DNA from: Raja brachyura
Taxonomy: Eukaryota
Direction: 5' to 3'
Length of the DNA: 64,000 nt
Assembly: GCA_963514005.1 (NCBI GenBank)
Contig: OY740797.1
Location: forward strand, 42,656,001 to 42,720,000
The notes beneath the pieces are model-generated. The model did not search any database. It worked only from the letters and a program-made list of their open reading frames with translations, and had not been told where the DNA came from. The position numbers and the translations under genes are program-made. Positions 60,926 through 64,000 of the stretch are shown piece after piece. Position 1 is the stretch's first letter. Every line of letters starts with the position of its first letter.

Positions 60926-63689
60926 TTACATTGTAATTTTCCAAGTTTGTATTAAATGAAGATGGGTGGAAATATGTATTATGATTCTGCAATGGGATAT
61001 AGATACACTGGGGAAAACCCGGCAAAAGGTGTTTAGTATGGGGAAGGGTGAGGTCAAGTACTTCAGGAAGAGGAGTCAAAAGGCAGATTATTGTCTAAGT
61101 GGAGAGAGACTGCAGTGAGAAGAGTGCACTCTTGTTGGACCTGCCTGCTATCTCATGCACAAGGCAGAGGGGTCACCTTAGCTTTAAGGACAGAGGGAAA
61201 AAAATGTAAAAGGGACCCGAGTGGCATCATTTTCATCGGCGGGCATTGCCAGAGGAAGTGCTTTATGCAGATACAATTGCAACTTTTAAATGCCACCTAG
61301 ACAGGTGTATGGATAGGAAAGGATGGAGGGATGTTGGCCAGGGGCATGGCAAGTGCAATTGACTTGTTTGAGCAATTTGCTCAGACAGAAGTTGCTGCAT
61401 AGTTTTCTGACTTCCTAACTCCAACTCTCCTACTGCCGTCCTACACCAGGAATAATTTATACTAAACAACAGCAAGTCTCCAGGAGGTAGGAGAAATTCC
61501 ACCCATCAAGGGAACCATGCAGACAACACCAGCGTCAGCATGAAACCGGGATTGCATGATCTGCGATGGTGAAGAACAACATTCCACCTCTGCGATAGTG
61601 TAAAAAGTCTCATATTATTTCTCATATTTCCTCAGCTCCTTAGAAGGAAGCCAATCTGCACATCAGGAATATGCCAGCTCTCAGAGCAAACTCATCAAAC
61701 CCATTCCCCCCACCGTATTATTTCCCTCTACGCTGATCTTTCTCACATTTAGAGTCATAGCGTCACTAAGTGTGGAAGTAGGCCTTTCGGCCCAACTTGC
61801 CCATGCCAACCAAGATGCTCCAGTTACCTATCCACATTTGGCCCATGTCCCTCTAAATCTTTCCCATTAATGTACCTGTCCAAGTTTCTTTTAAACGTCC
61901 CTATCTCAACTAACAGTTCATATACCCACCAGCCACTAATTCTATTAACTGCCTGATTCTCCTACACTCAAGTAAGAAGGAACTTGCATTCCCAGCCCTT
62001 CTCTTGCAATGTTCACAGATGCCACAGAAGAATGATGCAAGTGTTGCCATATCCCTGATATGAATACATACTCTGACCATGTATTCTATTGAAATCGGAC
62101 AAATGGAGGTTAAATCCATGATTACACTTGCTACCTACCATCTTCCTCTGTTGGGCGACCATGGACTTGGAGTTCACTGCTGGGCACATGATAGAGATGC
62201 TCTTAAATATAGGTTTAAGCGCTTGGAATTTGGCCGATTATATGTTTCCTCTCCAAAAAGTTACAGGCTGGTGGTCTGTTCCTGTCAGAATCACTTTGAA
62301 GGTGGTTACTGGAAAATACATGGCAGCTAGTCACTGCAAGTGACCAATTGATTTCCCCAGACTCTTGTGGGGTATTCATGGGTTTGTACTGTGGTGCGGC
62401 GACTGAGAGAAGAATTTAACAGATTCTACTAAACTACCTTATATCATTCCATTGCACCTAATTATCGAGGAATTATATAAATTTAGAGAAAAAAAAAGAA
62501 GTTCTAGTGATTGCCAATTAGCCCCAATAAATAATTAATTGGATCTCCATTCACTGCTAACGGTCTGAGATCAGACATGTTGAAAAAAAATGTGCTATCT
62601 GGAAACGCCAGTGGATAAACTAATGAGGGTAATGACTGCTACTGACATTTCTGACTGGTGAATACACAGAACGCTGTAGTCAAACGCAAGGCTGGAAGAA
62701 GGCTCCTTTCGGCAATTGCATCCCGAGGAATGTATTATAGACTCCACACAACAGAGTGATCAGCTTGCCTGAGGAGATCCTGCAGGTGACATTCTATTTA
62801 CATGAGATAAAGCCTGTAGTGGGAGAATTGATATTCCGATGGGATTAAACCTTTTGACCTGCCCTAAGCAACCTCTATTAGACCACTGGTCACTGCTGAC
62901 ATCTAGCCAGTATAAGTGACTTGAAGTGTGCACTGGTTCTAAATGATCACAACATCACTCGTTAATAATTGTGTCACATCAAACAGAAGGAAATATCAAC
63001 ATATAACCCACTCTGCTAATGACCCGACACCATGGAAATAATGTAAATTAAACTGATTTAATGAAATGCTGCCTTCTATGCCTTTTCGTAAAAGAAATGA
63101 ATAACATTTCATGTTATAGTGAAAATATTTTTTTCATTTGGAAGGAAAATCTGACATTAATATTTCAGCTTTAAGCCCATATGGACCAAAATACATCTCA
63201 TAGATCAGTGGAAACTGATTCAATCGCAAATTGTTTACTTTGTACTGAGATACTGGTTGACTGATTTTGTTAATTGCAATATTAAAGAAGGTTGTGATAC
63301 AAAAACCTCAGTTTCTTGGCAGTTTCCAGTATTGTTGTTTCTAATTTTAGTTTTCTAGCATTTGTATTATTTTGGATGACTGGTCTTCCCTGCAAAAAAA
63401 TTTCAAGAATTTCCAATTAAACCTTTAAAAAAAGGCCAATATAGCACAATTGTCAAATGCGCTTTCAACGTTCCCCAGGAAAAGCTCATTAAATGAAGCA
63501 TCATTGGGAAATAGGTACATAACTAACACAAATGGACATTAGATCTAATTTTATATCATAAGTACTAGAATATCCATTGATCAGACCATTCGCTTGTAAA
63601 AGCTCTGATAGAATCCTTTCTCCTTTTGTCCCATCAAAATTTGTTTTTGGAAGGTTAGCTATAAATATGCAAAATAGCATTCACTATTC

Positions 63690-63820
63690 AATAGACAATA
63701 GACAATAGACAATAGACAATAAGTGCAGGATCAGGCCATTTGGCCCTTCGAGCCAGCACCGCCATTCACTATGATCATGGCTGATCACCCCCAATCAGTA
63801 CCCCGTTCCTGCCTTCTCCT
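63690..63820 (-). mobile_element. CR1 3' end with a (GACAATA)n tail
   Basis: aatagac repeated, then aggccatttggcccttcgagccagcaccgcc. Confidence 0.85.
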
Positions 63821-64000
63821 ATTCAGATCAGTTCCATTGAATGAATAGAAGAGGAAATACGAGCACAATGTGCAAACACCACCTCGTTATATGTGTCATG
63901 CCACCAATTCAAGGATGAATTATCCTGCCTCTTTAACTAAGTTCCTTGATACATTGTAAACTCATTCTGCCTGTGTTGTATCAGAGTGGTTTTGTCATGG

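Overview
Repeat-rich, non-coding vertebrate DNA. The repeat repertoire (HE1/V-SINEs, HER1-like CR1 LINEs, Neptune-type Penelope-like elements) points to an elasmobranch, probably a skate or ray; this is an inference. I recognise no host protein-coding exon, and every recognisable ORF is transposon-derived. Contents: many CR1, L2, Rex1/Babar and L1 fragments; V-SINEs; a Passport-like Tc1 transposon in a three-level nest; three related Harbinger-like MITEs; and Penelope-like elements. The strongest cross-cutting signal is a dispersed minimal type-I hammerhead ribozyme motif (CTGAAGA-A-GGGTC-TC-GACCC-GAAA-CG-TC). It sits in the Penelope 3' pseudo-LTR and also occurs as 90-180 bp solo or palindromic insertions, several with their own target-site duplications (TSDs). 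A roughly 12 kb block (about 17.9-30 kb) is almost TE-free and may hold conserved regulatory sequence or unrecognised exons. All calls were read by eye, no database search was run, and the boundaries of old repeats are approximate.
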